Below are positions 40,033 through 49,846 of a stretch of 64,000 nucleotides of DNA, one piece after another (position 1 is the stretch's first letter; every line of letters starts with the position of its first letter). The notes under the pieces are model-generated. The model was not told where the DNA came from and did not search any database. It worked only from the letters and a program-made list of their open reading frames with translations. The DNA comes from Pseudomonadales bacterium (GTDB lineage: Bacteria > Patescibacteriota > Microgenomatia > UBA1400 > PJMF01): positions 22,827-86,826 of the forward strand of contig JACKFX010000005.1 of NCBI GenBank assembly GCA_020632255.1, written 5' to 3'. The position numbers were made by a program, and so were the translations under genes.

Positions 40033-42618
40033 CTACATTTTCGTCTGTTTAGAAACTAAAACATTAAAATACACATATTTGGTAATTTCAATAGTCGTCA
40101 TTACCACAACTGAGATGACAGCCACAATTATCCAGTGAATAATCTCGAGTGGCTGGAAGTTAAAAAAAGATTTAAATGGATCAAAATATATTGGGATAAT
40201 CGTTGCAAGTCCAGAGAAAAGTACCGCCATCACCAGCCATTTATTAGCAAACACAGACTCCTTCCAAACATTCACCGTCACCGTTCGACAAGAAAACACA
40301 TACACCAATGAATCAATTGCTAAAATCGCAAAACTTAAAGTTCGAGCTAACTCAATTCCGTATCGAGGGTAGCTCCAACTAAAAATTGCTAAGGTTGACA
40401 GACCAGTAATAAGTGAAATCAGAATAATGAGTATTTTCAATTCGCCATTCACGACTTCTTCCTTTTGATCAATTGGCGGCTGTTCTAACAAATGCTCCTG
40501 TTTAGGATCCATGGTTAATGCTAAGTTTGGAAAAACATCGTTTACTATATTAATCCATAGAATTTGTGCTGCTGTAATTGCAAGTGGCAAACCTAACAGT
40601 AAACTACCCATGATTAATATTACTTCACTAAACGTATCACTGAGTAAAAAGAGAATAATTTTTCGCAGGTTAGCGAAAATTCCTCGGCCTTCTTCAACTG
40701 CGGCAAGAATTGTGGCAAAATTTGAGTCGAGCAACACAATGTCTGCCGACTCTCGAGCAATATCACTGGCGTCACCAACAACAAGACCTATTTCTGCTGC
40801 AGCAATAGCAGGGGCATCATTAACGCCATCACCCATCATGGCAACAACTTCACCTTTCGCCTGCAATGCTTTCACAATCCGTAGCTTTTGCGATGGTTTT
40901 GTTCGGGCAAATAATAAAACCTCTTGCACAACTGACTCTAGCTGGAAATCGCTCATTTTTTCTAGTTCGTGACCTTCAATAATTTGAGAATCGTCGACAT
41001 TCATCCCAAGTTCGTTCATCACAGCTACTGCTGTTTCTCGGTAATCACCGGTAATCACAGTCACCTTAATTCCAGCTTTTTCTGCCTTCTCTAGTGCCGC
41101 TTTTACCCCGGTGCGCACTGGATCAGTGTATCCCATCAATCCAAGCCACTTAACTTTACTTCGTGGAGATGTACCTTTTGCTAAGGCAGCAAAGTCTTTT
41201 TTTGCCACAGCCACACTGACACATTTTCTGTGTGCCATACCAACGACCCGCTTGCCTTGCTGAGCCCAGAGATGGACATCTTTTAATACCCTGTCTTGAG
41301 ACTTCTTTGCTAACGATGAGTATTCTACTACTGTTTCTGGGGCACCAACAATAAAAATTTCTGCTCCACTCCTAACAGCCAAAAATCTTCGTTCACTTGA
41401 GAAAGGAATTCTATCATCAATACTATATTTTTTTTGAAGATCTGTGGGAGTTGAAAACTTACCAGAATGCTGCCGAGCATACTCGGTTGCCCATTTCCAG
41501 CGTGCAAACTCCAAAGGATCTCGCAATTCATTTGCAACCACAGAAGTTATGTATGCAAGTCGTGTATCTGTGAATGCCACCTCTGCAACCACAAGTTTCC
41601 CTTTCGTAAGGGTTCCTGTTTTATCGACACACACCCTAGTAACGGTTCCTAAAGTTTCTGTAGCAACCAAGTTTCTAACGAGCGCCTTTCGTTTCAAAAT
41701 TCTATGCATACCAATCGCAAGAATTGCCGTCAATGCAACAACTAAACCCTCTGGTATTGCTGAAACTGCCAATGCAACTGAAATCACAAACATCTCAGTA
41801 AAACTTTTTCCAGTAAAGAGCCCAAATGCAAAAATAAAGAGTGCCAGTATGACAATCGCAACGGTGAGTAATTCCGCGAGTTTTTCAATACGCTTTTCAA
41901 GCGGTGTTTTTTTCTGCGTTTGCTCGTCAATCGAAACAGCAATATGTCCCATCTCGGTATCCATACCCACCGCAGTTACCACCAAGGTGCCTAATCCTGT
42001 CAACGCTACCGTACCCAAATATGCCCGCTCCTCTCTAGATGGTTCCTGAGTTGTTTCGAAGTAACTCAACACTTCTTTGTTTGAACGCAGTGGAACTGAT
42101 GGCTTGTAGGCAACCTTTGTCACTGGAACACTTTCACCCGTTAATACTGCTTCATTAATAACTAGTTCAGAAGACTCTACAAAAACTCCATCAGCTGGAA
42201 TCGTGTCCCCCTCTGCAATCAGAACAACATCACCTACGACAATTTCATGAGTATCTATCTGGATTTTTTTGCCATCTCTCATTACCCAAGCATGGTGTGC
42301 CACCACATCTTTGAGTGCTTGCATAGATTTGAAAGCCTTGCGCTCTTGGTAAAATCCAAGAAGCGTATTAAGTAACACTGCTCCAAAAATAACCACAGTA
42401 TCACTAAAGTCACCTATCAACGCTGTCACCAAAGAGGCAGTCAATAAAACTAAGATCAGCGGACTCTTAAATTGAGCCAGAAAGAAAACAATGTCTGAAG
42501 GGATTGGTTTGCTGGCAATAATGTTCTTCTCACCTCTCTCATAGGCCCTCACCACTTCTTGTGATGAAAGTCCTTGGCTTACAAAATTGTCAATTTGAGC
42601 TTGGGCAGATCGTGACAT
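40033..42618 (-). CDS. P2-type cation-transporting ATPase (Ca2+/Mg2+-type)
   Basis: 861 aa; DKTGTLT phosphorylation motif, PEGL in TM4 (P2-type rather than CPC heavy-metal type), MGDGVNDAPA hinge, 10 TM. Confidence 0.9.
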   Translation of the reverse strand: MSRSAQAQIDNFVSQGLSSQEVVRAYERGEKNIIASKPIPSDIVFFLAQFKSPLILVLLTASLVTALIGDFSDTVVIFGAVLLNTLLGFYQERKAFKSMQALKDVVAHHAWVMRDGKKIQIDTHEIVVGDVVLIAEGDTIPADGVFVESSELVINEAVLTGESVPVTKVAYKPSVPLRSNKEVLSYFETTQEPSREERAYLGTVALTGLGTLVVTAVGMDTEMGHIAVSIDEQTQKKTPLEKRIEKLAELLTVAIVILALFIFAFGLFTGKSFTEMFVISVALAVSAIPEGLVVALTAILAIGMHRILKRKALVRNLVATETLGTVTRVCVDKTGTLTKGKLVVAEVAFTDTRLAYITSVVANELRDPLEFARWKWATEYARQHSGKFSTPTDLQKKYSIDDRIPFSSERRFLAVRSGAEIFIVGAPETVVEYSSLAKKSQDRVLKDVHLWAQQGKRVVGMAHRKCVSVAVAKKDFAALAKGTSPRSKVKWLGLMGYTDPVRTGVKAALEKAEKAGIKVTVITGDYRETAVAVMNELGMNVDDSQIIEGHELEKMSDFQLESVVQEVLLFARTKPSQKLRIVKALQAKGEVVAMMGDGVNDAPAIAAAEIGLVVGDASDIARESADIVLLDSNFATILAAVEEGRGIFANLRKIILFLLSDTFSEVILIMGSLLLGLPLAITAAQILWINIVNDVFPNLALTMDPKQEHLLEQPPIDQKEEVVNGELKILIILISLITGLSTLAIFSWSYPRYGIELARTLSFAILAIDSLVYVFSCRTVTVNVWKESVFANKWLVMAVLFSGLATIIPIYFDPFKSFFNFQPLEIIHWIIVAVISVVVMTTIEITKYVYFNVLVSKQTKM

Positions 42619-42630
42619 GTTCTTCTTTCT

Positions 42631-43521
42631 CTACCTCATCCTCGAAGTATATGGCGTAATATCATATGTCTTTACTTCATCAATAAGTTCTGCCCCAAGG
42701 TCTTTTCGGACAGCATCTCGCATCATAAATGGTACACTGTTTGGGTCTTGATACAAAATACCGGTAGCAACTTTTTCATTAATGTCTTCTGCAGCGGCTA
42801 CTGCTGCTGCACGATTACTAGTATCATGATCTGTTTCATTTATGTTGTATACACGCTGTTGATACCACTCATGAGGAGTGTGTTTATTGTACGTTGGACA
42901 GTTTTGCAAAATCTCAACAAACGCAAACCCTTTGTGTGCAATAGCTGCTTGAAATACTCTGTTCATACCTGCTATATCACCCGAAAAAATACGCGCTGAA
43001 AAAGTTGCTCCAAGAGAAAGTGCTAAGCGTTGAGGATGTATAGGTGTAGAGGTCACTCCATCTGGATTAGAGTTCATAGCCACATCTTCTCGAGTCGTGG
43101 CGGATGCCTGCCCTTTGGTCAAACCGTAGTTTTCATTGTTGTGACACAAAAATGTTATATCAAAATTACCTCGGACAGCATGTACAAAGTGATTGACTCC
43201 TTCACCAAAAGTTGCCCCGTCGCCTGCTTCGGCAACAACGGTAAGTTTTTTATTTGCACAGGCAATTCCCGCTGCCACAGGTAAAATACGACCATGGAGG
43301 CCATGAAATCGGTAGCCATCAATCTTATCTGAACCGTTTCCATTACACCCAACGTCAAAACAGAGCATTGCCTGATGGGGAGTCACTCCTTGAGCAACCA
43401 AAGCCTGTTTCAGCGCTACCTGAATTCCAAAGTTTCCACATCCAGGACACCAAGTTAGAGCATTGGGAGATGCATACTCTGCCAAACCAACAGTCTTTGT
43501 CGAACATGAGTTACATGACAT
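42631..43521 (-). CDS. 2-oxoacid:ferredoxin oxidoreductase beta subunit (TPP-binding)
   Basis: 296 aa; WCPGCGNFGI N-terminus and a GDG TPP/Mg motif characteristic of KorB/PorB. Confidence 0.85.
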   Translation of the reverse strand: MSCNSCSTKTVGLAEYASPNALTWCPGCGNFGIQVALKQALVAQGVTPHQAMLCFDVGCNGNGSDKIDGYRFHGLHGRILPVAAGIACANKKLTVVAEAGDGATFGEGVNHFVHAVRGNFDITFLCHNNENYGLTKGQASATTREDVAMNSNPDGVTSTPIHPQRLALSLGATFSARIFSGDIAGMNRVFQAAIAHKGFAFVEILQNCPTYNKHTPHEWYQQRVYNINETDHDTSNRAAAVAAAEDINEKVATGILYQDPNSVPFMMRDAVRKDLGAELIDEVKTYDITPYTSRMR

Positions 43522-43522
43522 A

Positions 43523-45283
43523 CTATGCCTCCTTTCCTTCAGATTGCTGTATATACGCTACTATCTCTGTCACAAAAAATGGCCTGCCATCATTCTTCAA
43601 TAAAAGATCATCTGGTGTATATCCAGATTCCATTCGTATGAGTTTCGCAAACTGACCAGTGCCATTGTTTTCAACAAAGACAACTTTTTTAGCTTTTTCT
43701 GCAAGCTGCTGTAACTTTTCTGGTTTAACCGGGTACATATATTCATAATGTAAATATGAAAGCTTGAGTGATCCACCTTGCTGAACATACAGATCAATCG
43801 CATCTGTCACAGCCAATTTTGGACTTCCCCAGCCAACAAATACTATGTCAGCAGTTTCTTCACCATGCAAAACTGGATCCGGCAAAACTTTTTTGAGATC
43901 TTCGAGCTTGCGCATCCGCTTCTCAAAAATTTCTTTTGCTGGAACCGAGTCTTCCGTTAATGAACCATCACCCAAATGCTCATCGCTGTTGGCATCAAAA
44001 GTAGGTGCGCATTGGCCTGGCAACCACCGAAGTGAAACACCATTTTCTGTCGACCTGTATCGATCCATTTTTTGAAGCGATTCAAGCTGATCTTCTGCTA
44101 CCAGACCACGTTTGATCTCAATAGCTGGTGGTAAATCTTTAATTTGGAAATGAGACTCTGCAATTTGTTTTTCAGTTAACAGAATCACTGGAATTTGATA
44201 GACATCTGCTAAATTATGGGCAACTTGAGTCAACACATAGCCAGATTGAGGGTCACTGGCTGCAAGCACCACACGTGGGTACTCTCCATGGCCAGCAAAT
44301 GCTGCCAGCAACAAATCGGCTGCATTCGTCCAAGTTGGGAGACCTGTAGCTGGACCAGGACGCTGGGCTAACACACACACAAAAGGAGTTTCTGTCATTG
44401 CTGCCAATGACACAGTTTCCGTCATCAAATCAAAGCCTCCTCCAGAGGTACCACACATTGCCCGAGTACCCGCAAAAGAGGATCCAACCGTCAATGATGC
44501 TACCGAGATCTCATCTTCTATTTGTTTGACAAACATACCTGTCTCATGCGAAATTGCTGCAAGATAGCTTAAGATCGAACTTGAGGGTGTCATTGGATAC
44601 GCATAGTACGCGCGAACACCTGCTGCAACAGCACCTAACGCAATTGCCTGATTTCCACTAATAATCATCTCATCAACAATTTCCGGATGGAACTCGAAAC
44701 CCAAAGTAACCGGTTGCAAATTTTCATTTTGAAATATTTTGCCCGCTTCAAGCATCTTAATATTGAGCTCAATTACTTCTGGCTTTTTGGCAAATGTACG
44801 CTTCAAGACTTCAATCAAATGATCAAAAGAAAGCCCGAGCAACTGCCATAATACGCCGAGTAAAAAGGTGTTAACCATAAGCGGGTGTCCCCCAGCTTCT
44901 TTTACCAGTTGCTGCGCAGGTACAAAAACAACTTTGATATTATTTTCGGAGAAATACTTTTGCTGTTCTTCGCTTTGTTGCAGACCGATGACTGAATGAA
45001 TGATGGTTCCATCTTTGGCAACTGAAGAATAATATACAGAGAAAGCACTCACACTCAAAACTAGGAGCATGTCACATTTGTCCGAAGATGACGCTAATGG
45101 AGCAGAAGAAAAATCAACCTGGAATGAGGCAAAACCGCCTTTAATCAGAGATGGATACTCACGATACCCAAAGCTGTATAAACCTGTTTCTTTAATAGCT
45201 TTAGAGATTGTCTCTCCAACTGAGTTAATACCTTGTCCAGAGGCACCGGACACTTTAACAACAAAGCGATTTTGAATATGCAT
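43523..45283 (-). CDS. 2-oxoacid:ferredoxin oxidoreductase alpha subunit (fused gamma-alpha type)
   Basis: 586 aa; N-terminal gamma-like domain (VKVSGASGQGINS) followed by the pyrimidine-binding alpha domain; directly upstream of the beta subunit. Confidence 0.85.
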   Translation of the reverse strand: MHIQNRFVVKVSGASGQGINSVGETISKAIKETGLYSFGYREYPSLIKGGFASFQVDFSSAPLASSSDKCDMLLVLSVSAFSVYYSSVAKDGTIIHSVIGLQQSEEQQKYFSENNIKVVFVPAQQLVKEAGGHPLMVNTFLLGVLWQLLGLSFDHLIEVLKRTFAKKPEVIELNIKMLEAGKIFQNENLQPVTLGFEFHPEIVDEMIISGNQAIALGAVAAGVRAYYAYPMTPSSSILSYLAAISHETGMFVKQIEDEISVASLTVGSSFAGTRAMCGTSGGGFDLMTETVSLAAMTETPFVCVLAQRPGPATGLPTWTNAADLLLAAFAGHGEYPRVVLAASDPQSGYVLTQVAHNLADVYQIPVILLTEKQIAESHFQIKDLPPAIEIKRGLVAEDQLESLQKMDRYRSTENGVSLRWLPGQCAPTFDANSDEHLGDGSLTEDSVPAKEIFEKRMRKLEDLKKVLPDPVLHGEETADIVFVGWGSPKLAVTDAIDLYVQQGGSLKLSYLHYEYMYPVKPEKLQQLAEKAKKVVFVENNGTGQFAKLIRMESGYTPDDLLLKNDGRPFFVTEIVAYIQQSEGKEA

Positions 45284-45322
45284 GATACAAACACTCTATC
45301 AGAAAGCATCAGTCATTACAAA

Positions 45323-47488
45323 CTAAAACTCGGATAAAATTGCCTTGCCATCAACCGCAACAGCATCAAGTGGAGTAACAATCACTGGGTTAATTTCAAT
45401 CTCGGAAAAAAAGGGCAGTGTTTGTACTAAGTTTGCGAGCTGAGCAATTAAATGGTACAGCTTTGGTAGAGCTAACTCTGTCTTACCACGATAACCTGTT
45501 AAAAGTGCGTATACTTTAGAACCAGTCACCAATTTTTCAATGTCTGTAGCTGTAGCAGGCAAGACATGCAAATTTCTATCCTGAATCAGCTCAACCAATG
45601 TCCCTCCAGCACCAAACATCAAGACCATGCCAAATTGTGAGGTTCTTTTTACCCCCACGATAACCTCGACTCCACCCTCTACTTGAGCTTGTATTTGAAT
45701 CTGTGTATTTTTGCGCACAGCTACTGCCAACTCAGTCTTTCTATTAATAAGTGTTTGAGAAGCAACCTCGAGTTGTTTTGCGCTACGAACGTCAGTAATC
45801 ACTCCACTCACTTCAGTTTTGTGGAGCAACTCAGGGGCAGATAACTTGAGAACAACTGGATAGCCTGTTTGTTTTGCAAAGCGCTTCGCTTGATCAAGAC
45901 TCGTGACAGATGTACTTGCAGGAGTTGCAATATCCCAATCATCAAAAAGTTGATTGATTTTTTCTGAAGAAAGGTACTGATTCCCTGCAATGAGTTGCTT
46001 GCGAATGTCTTCAAGATGGTAGGTGATTACTGACTGGGGAACTGGTGTGACATCTATCTGCGTGCTCTTTTTTCCGGCGTGCAGTTGCCATTGCTTCCAC
46101 CACCACATTTTTCCAAGTATGGTAATCGCTCTCTCGGGATATCTGAAAAAAGGTATTTTATACTTACTCAAAACCTCTTCTCCTTTGCTAATGTTATGCG
46201 CACCCATAAACGAGCAAAAAATAGGTGTGTTGTAGCGTTGCGCTAGCCGTCCAATGACCTTGGCTGTTTCCTCTATCTGGGTCATAACCTGTGGCGTCAA
46301 AATAACAACAACTGAGTCAACTTTTTCTTCTTCGAGGAGCACACGAAGAGCTTTTTCATACCGATCTGAGAGCGCATCACCAAGAACATCCACAGGATTA
46401 AGAATACTTGCGGCTCGTGGCAAATGAGTACTCAATAATTCTTTGGTGTTTTTTGACAATGTGGCCATTGTCAGTCCAGACTCAACCACTGCGTCGCTAC
46501 TCACAACAGCAGGACCGCCGGCATTAGAAAGAATAGCTACATTAGGACCTTCTGGAACTCTACTCCATGAAAAAGCCATAGAGAAATCAAACATTTCTTC
46601 GATGGTGTCGCATCTAATCACTCCAGCCTGTTTCAGTGCCTGTGATAATACAGCATCGTCGCCAGCAATAGATCCTGTGTGCGACTGCATGGCTTTTTGG
46701 GCTGCAGGAGTTCTACCTGGTTTTAATAAAAATACTGGTGTATGTTTGGCAACTTCACTCGCAATCTCAATAAATGACGTTCCATCAGATAACGACTCAA
46801 GATACATACCAATTGGGGCATACCCCGACTCGTTAAACTTTTTTTCTACCGAAGCAGCTTGTTTCTGAAGTAGTTGATCATACCAATACATCAATAAGTC
46901 GTTCTCGGTGAGACCAGCTTTGTTCCCCATGGTAATAAAATCTTCAAACCCAATGGCATGGTGTTCAGCCCAGTCAAACAAACTACTCGCAATAGCTCCT
47001 GACTGAGAAAGAAAATGCATTTCTCCTTTGTTAAGGAGTTTCTGACCAAAAGTAGCATTGAGCCGTCTCCGTGTATTTACAAAACCAAGACAGTTCGGAC
47101 CGAGAAGTGACATATCAAACTCTCGAGCAATTTCTTGCAGCTCCATTTCACGGAGAGCCCCCTCACGACTTTCTTCTTTAAAACCTGCAGAAATGATAAC
47201 CACAGCACGTGTTCCTTTTTGCCCAATTTCGCGTAACACGGTTGCAACAATAGGAGCGGGCACAACCACCACGGCTAAATCCGGAATTTCTGGAATATGT
47301 ACGTAATTTGAGTACGACTGCAATCCCTCAATTGTCTGGTCATTAGGATTCACAGGATAGAGACGACCACTATACCCACCGTCTTTGATATTTCGAAGCA
47401 CGATATTACTAAGCTTTTGTCGATTTGCTGACGCACCGACTATAGCTACAGATCGAGGGGCTAGTAGGGTTTGAACCTGGGTACTCAT
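45323..47488 (-). CDS. ADP-forming acetyl-CoA synthetase (fused alpha-beta NDP-forming acyl-CoA synthetase)
   Basis: 721 aa; CoA-binding N-terminus (VAIVGASAN), SCS-like ligase domain, C-terminal ATP-grasp. Confidence 0.8.
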   Translation of the reverse strand: MSTQVQTLLAPRSVAIVGASANRQKLSNIVLRNIKDGGYSGRLYPVNPNDQTIEGLQSYSNYVHIPEIPDLAVVVVPAPIVATVLREIGQKGTRAVVIISAGFKEESREGALREMELQEIAREFDMSLLGPNCLGFVNTRRRLNATFGQKLLNKGEMHFLSQSGAIASSLFDWAEHHAIGFEDFITMGNKAGLTENDLLMYWYDQLLQKQAASVEKKFNESGYAPIGMYLESLSDGTSFIEIASEVAKHTPVFLLKPGRTPAAQKAMQSHTGSIAGDDAVLSQALKQAGVIRCDTIEEMFDFSMAFSWSRVPEGPNVAILSNAGGPAVVSSDAVVESGLTMATLSKNTKELLSTHLPRAASILNPVDVLGDALSDRYEKALRVLLEEEKVDSVVVILTPQVMTQIEETAKVIGRLAQRYNTPIFCSFMGAHNISKGEEVLSKYKIPFFRYPERAITILGKMWWWKQWQLHAGKKSTQIDVTPVPQSVITYHLEDIRKQLIAGNQYLSSEKINQLFDDWDIATPASTSVTSLDQAKRFAKQTGYPVVLKLSAPELLHKTEVSGVITDVRSAKQLEVASQTLINRKTELAVAVRKNTQIQIQAQVEGGVEVIVGVKRTSQFGMVLMFGAGGTLVELIQDRNLHVLPATATDIEKLVTGSKVYALLTGYRGKTELALPKLYHLIAQLANLVQTLPFFSEIEINPVIVTPLDAVAVDGKAILSEF

Positions 47489-47501
47489 AGGGCAGAAAAA
47501 T

Positions 47502-47536
47502 GGGCTCCTGTTCTACTATTCAGTATAAAGGAGCCC
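47502..47536 (-). terminator. Hairpin downstream of the cytochrome-b5-like gene (weak intrinsic terminator)
   Basis: 8-bp GC-rich stem gggctcct/aggagccc with a 19-nt loop, followed on the minus strand by TTTTTCT; only 12 nt before the ACD start, so likely leaky. Confidence 0.35.
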
Positions 47537-47594
47537 GCGTAGTACTGTAAAGTTCAATAAATCAAACCACGACAAAAAACATGTATATATTGAT

Positions 47595-48050
47595 CTATTT
47601 TGTTATAGTTCCGACTTTCATTGTTGCCAAGAAATCTTGTGCAGTTTCAGGATGGGCTGTTCCGTTTGGACGATTAAAAAACATTTCCGTTGCATCTGAA
47701 CCACACACTCCTGAAAGATCACCTCCAGGGTGCTTTCCTGACTGTGCAAATGAAGACACATCATGCACGGTGTCGTTCACAATAACCCAACAATCATCAA
47801 CGGTGTTGTGTTCCGCGACATCTGCTAGCGTGTACTCCATCATGCCCTCTTCCATCATCGCACCCTCATCCTTGCTTTCTTCCATCATCATACTTTCTGA
47901 TTCCATTGCTTCAGTATCTTTCTCCATCATGACGTCAGATGTATTGTTTTCTATAGTAGCCGGACTAGTGTCTCCTGACTCTCCAAGAAGTGAACATCCT
48001 GATAAAACAACCCCTGCAACTCCTACAAGTAGTAATTTCTTAAGTACCAT
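47595..48050 (-). CDS. Lipoprotein with Met-rich acidic region and cytochrome-b5-like heme-binding domain
   Basis: 151 aa; lipobox LSGC; Met-rich stretch MMEKDTEAMESESMMMEESKDEGAMMEEGMMEY; cytochrome b5 signature HPGG plus GSDATEMF....H (second His ligand). Confidence 0.7.
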   Translation of the reverse strand: MVLKKLLLVGVAGVVLSGCSLLGESGDTSPATIENNTSDVMMEKDTEAMESESMMMEESKDEGAMMEEGMMEYTLADVAEHNTVDDCWVIVNDTVHDVSSFAQSGKHPGGDLSGVCGSDATEMFFNRPNGTAHPETAQDFLATMKVGTITK

Positions 48051-48193
48051 GCTGCCTTTCTAGTAAGTGCGCCTTACTGGTATTTCTGTTTCAGCCAAAA
48101 AAGTCTAACAGAGTTTACCTTTTCACTCAACCCAATAAATCCAGGCGGACACCATTTATTGACAGCGTTTACCAAAACAATCACAATGAGAGT

Positions 48194-49111
48194 ATGAAAA
48201 ATAAAACAAAAGTCTCGATTATTGGGTGTGGTAAAGTCGGCATGACCGCAGCATATTCAATTCTCCATAAAGGTGATGTTGATGAATTAGTCCTTTTCGG
48301 CCGCCACAAAGAAGCACTTATCGGTGAAGAACTTGACCTTGAACACGGGCTTAGTTTTCTTTCGACTGCAAAAGTCATAGCAGCCGACGAATACGAGGCA
48401 CTCGCAGAAAGTGATGTCGTTGTCTATACGGCAGGTGCCGCTCAGAAACCAGGTGAAACTCGTCTGGATCTTACTAGAAAAAACGTGGCCATTCTTGAAA
48501 GTGCCATTCCAGAAGTTGTCAAACATGCACCAGATGCTGTCATTTTAATAGTAGCAAATCCAGTCGATATTTTAACCTACAAAGCCTACGTTGCGGCTGG
48601 TCTGCCAAAAGGTCGGATCTTTGGATCGGGCACAACTCTAGATACCGCACGCTTTCGTTTTCATCTATCCGAGTTCATGAACGTCCATCCAAGGAGCATT
48701 CACGCGTATGTACTTGGAGAACATGGAGATCACTCATTCCCATCACTCTCAAATGCCAATATTGGCGGACAGAATCTAAAAGAGTTTCCCAATTTTACAG
48801 AAGAGCGAGCGCTCAAAGCCTACCAAAAAGCGCGGAACGCCGCTTACAAGATCATAGAATCAAAAGGTGCAACCTACTATGCAATTGGGGCAGATATCTC
48901 CAGCATTGTGTCAACAATTCTCAAAGATAAAAGATCAGTGTTGGCTGTTTCCATTCCTCTTCATAATTACTATGGACTCAATGGAGTTGCACTCAGCGTT
49001 CCATGTATTGTTGGGAAAAATGGTGTAGAACAAGTACTCAAGGCAAACCTCTCAAGTCATGAACAAAAATTGCTCGAGCGCGCTGCAGATGCTCTCAAGA
49101 AGTATCTGTAA
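48194..49111 (+). CDS. ldh: L-lactate dehydrogenase (NAD-dependent LDH/MDH family, Gln at substrate-specificity position)
   Basis: 305 aa; IIGCGKVGMTAAYS Rossmann motif, AGAAQKPGETRLDL loop (Q not R, so LDH-like), catalytic His in EHGD. Confidence 0.88.
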   Translation: MKNKTKVSIIGCGKVGMTAAYSILHKGDVDELVLFGRHKEALIGEELDLEHGLSFLSTAKVIAADEYEALAESDVVVYTAGAAQKPGETRLDLTRKNVAILESAIPEVVKHAPDAVILIVANPVDILTYKAYVAAGLPKGRIFGSGTTLDTARFRFHLSEFMNVHPRSIHAYVLGEHGDHSFPSLSNANIGGQNLKEFPNFTEERALKAYQKARNAAYKIIESKGATYYAIGADISSIVSTILKDKRSVLAVSIPLHNYYGLNGVALSVPCIVGKNGVEQVLKANLSSHEQKLLERAADALKKYL

Positions 49112-49118
49112 AAACTCG

Positions 49119-49703
49119 CTAGCCAATAACTGGAATAGCACCCGTAAAAAGATTCGTTTGTAATACTTCTTCGCATTCCATTAAAAGATCATCAACTGAA
49201 CCATTATTTTTGATGGTGTGATCTACCATATCTAGACAAGCTTTAACTTGTTGCCCTGAGCTATCTTCGCCAACACCTTGTTCTCGCTTGTTTGCTCTAA
49301 AAAATGCCGCCTTACTCATACCATCTTCACGGCGCTTTTTGAGTCGATCCATGTAGCGCTCAAGCCGAACATACTGAGGTGCGGTAATGCCTAAAATAAA
49401 TCCTGCATGCTCACGTAAATAGGTAATTTCTTCTGGGTTGCGAATACCATCAATAATTATTTTTTTTGATCGACCCGCAGACTTTAACGTGCGTTCAGCC
49501 ATATATGCAGGACCATATTTTTCCCGAAGCAAGTTACCAACATCCTGAAGATTCTTGCGATTCAACTCACGATGACGTCTTTCACACTCTTCGCGAACTA
49601 CATCAGAAAGTTTAAAGTATCGGAAACCTTGATCAACAAAATGGGCTGCCACGGTACTTTTTCCGCTCGCTATATACCCGACAAGGCCTACTATTTGTTT
49701 CAT
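49119..49703 (-). CDS. Adenylate-kinase-fold P-loop NMP/nucleoside kinase-like protein (start re-placed at ATG 49703)
   Basis: Walker A GYIASGKST immediately after MKQIVGLVG; IIIDGIRNPEEI resembles the NMP-kinase DGFPR-type motif. The ORF-track N-terminal 29 aa is probably not translated. Confidence 0.55.
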   Translation of the reverse strand: MKQIVGLVGYIASGKSTVAAHFVDQGFRYFKLSDVVREECERRHRELNRKNLQDVGNLLREKYGPAYMAERTLKSAGRSKKIIIDGIRNPEEITYLREHAGFILGITAPQYVRLERYMDRLKKRREDGMSKAAFFRANKREQGVGEDSSGQQVKACLDMVDHTIKNNGSVDDLLMECEEVLQTNLFTGAIPVIG

Positions 49704-49846
49704 GGTTTTTGACTTTCTAAGATCAATTTTGATAGGGCTAGTCATTTTTATACATGTTTTAACAACATCTGAAAAGGGGAAAATAGACATTCTATAGGAC
49801 TTAAGAAAAGAAAGATTGATTCAACGGACGAAAGTAATAGCAAGTA

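Noticed and set aside
40511-42049. Plus-strand ORFs of 153 and 201 aa
   Set aside because: Both antisense within the P-type ATPase gene; Ser/Ala/Thr-rich low-complexity translations.
48181-48526. Minus-strand ORFs of 65 and 79 aa
   Set aside because: Antisense to the 5' part of ldh and overlapping its promoter region; no coding signal.
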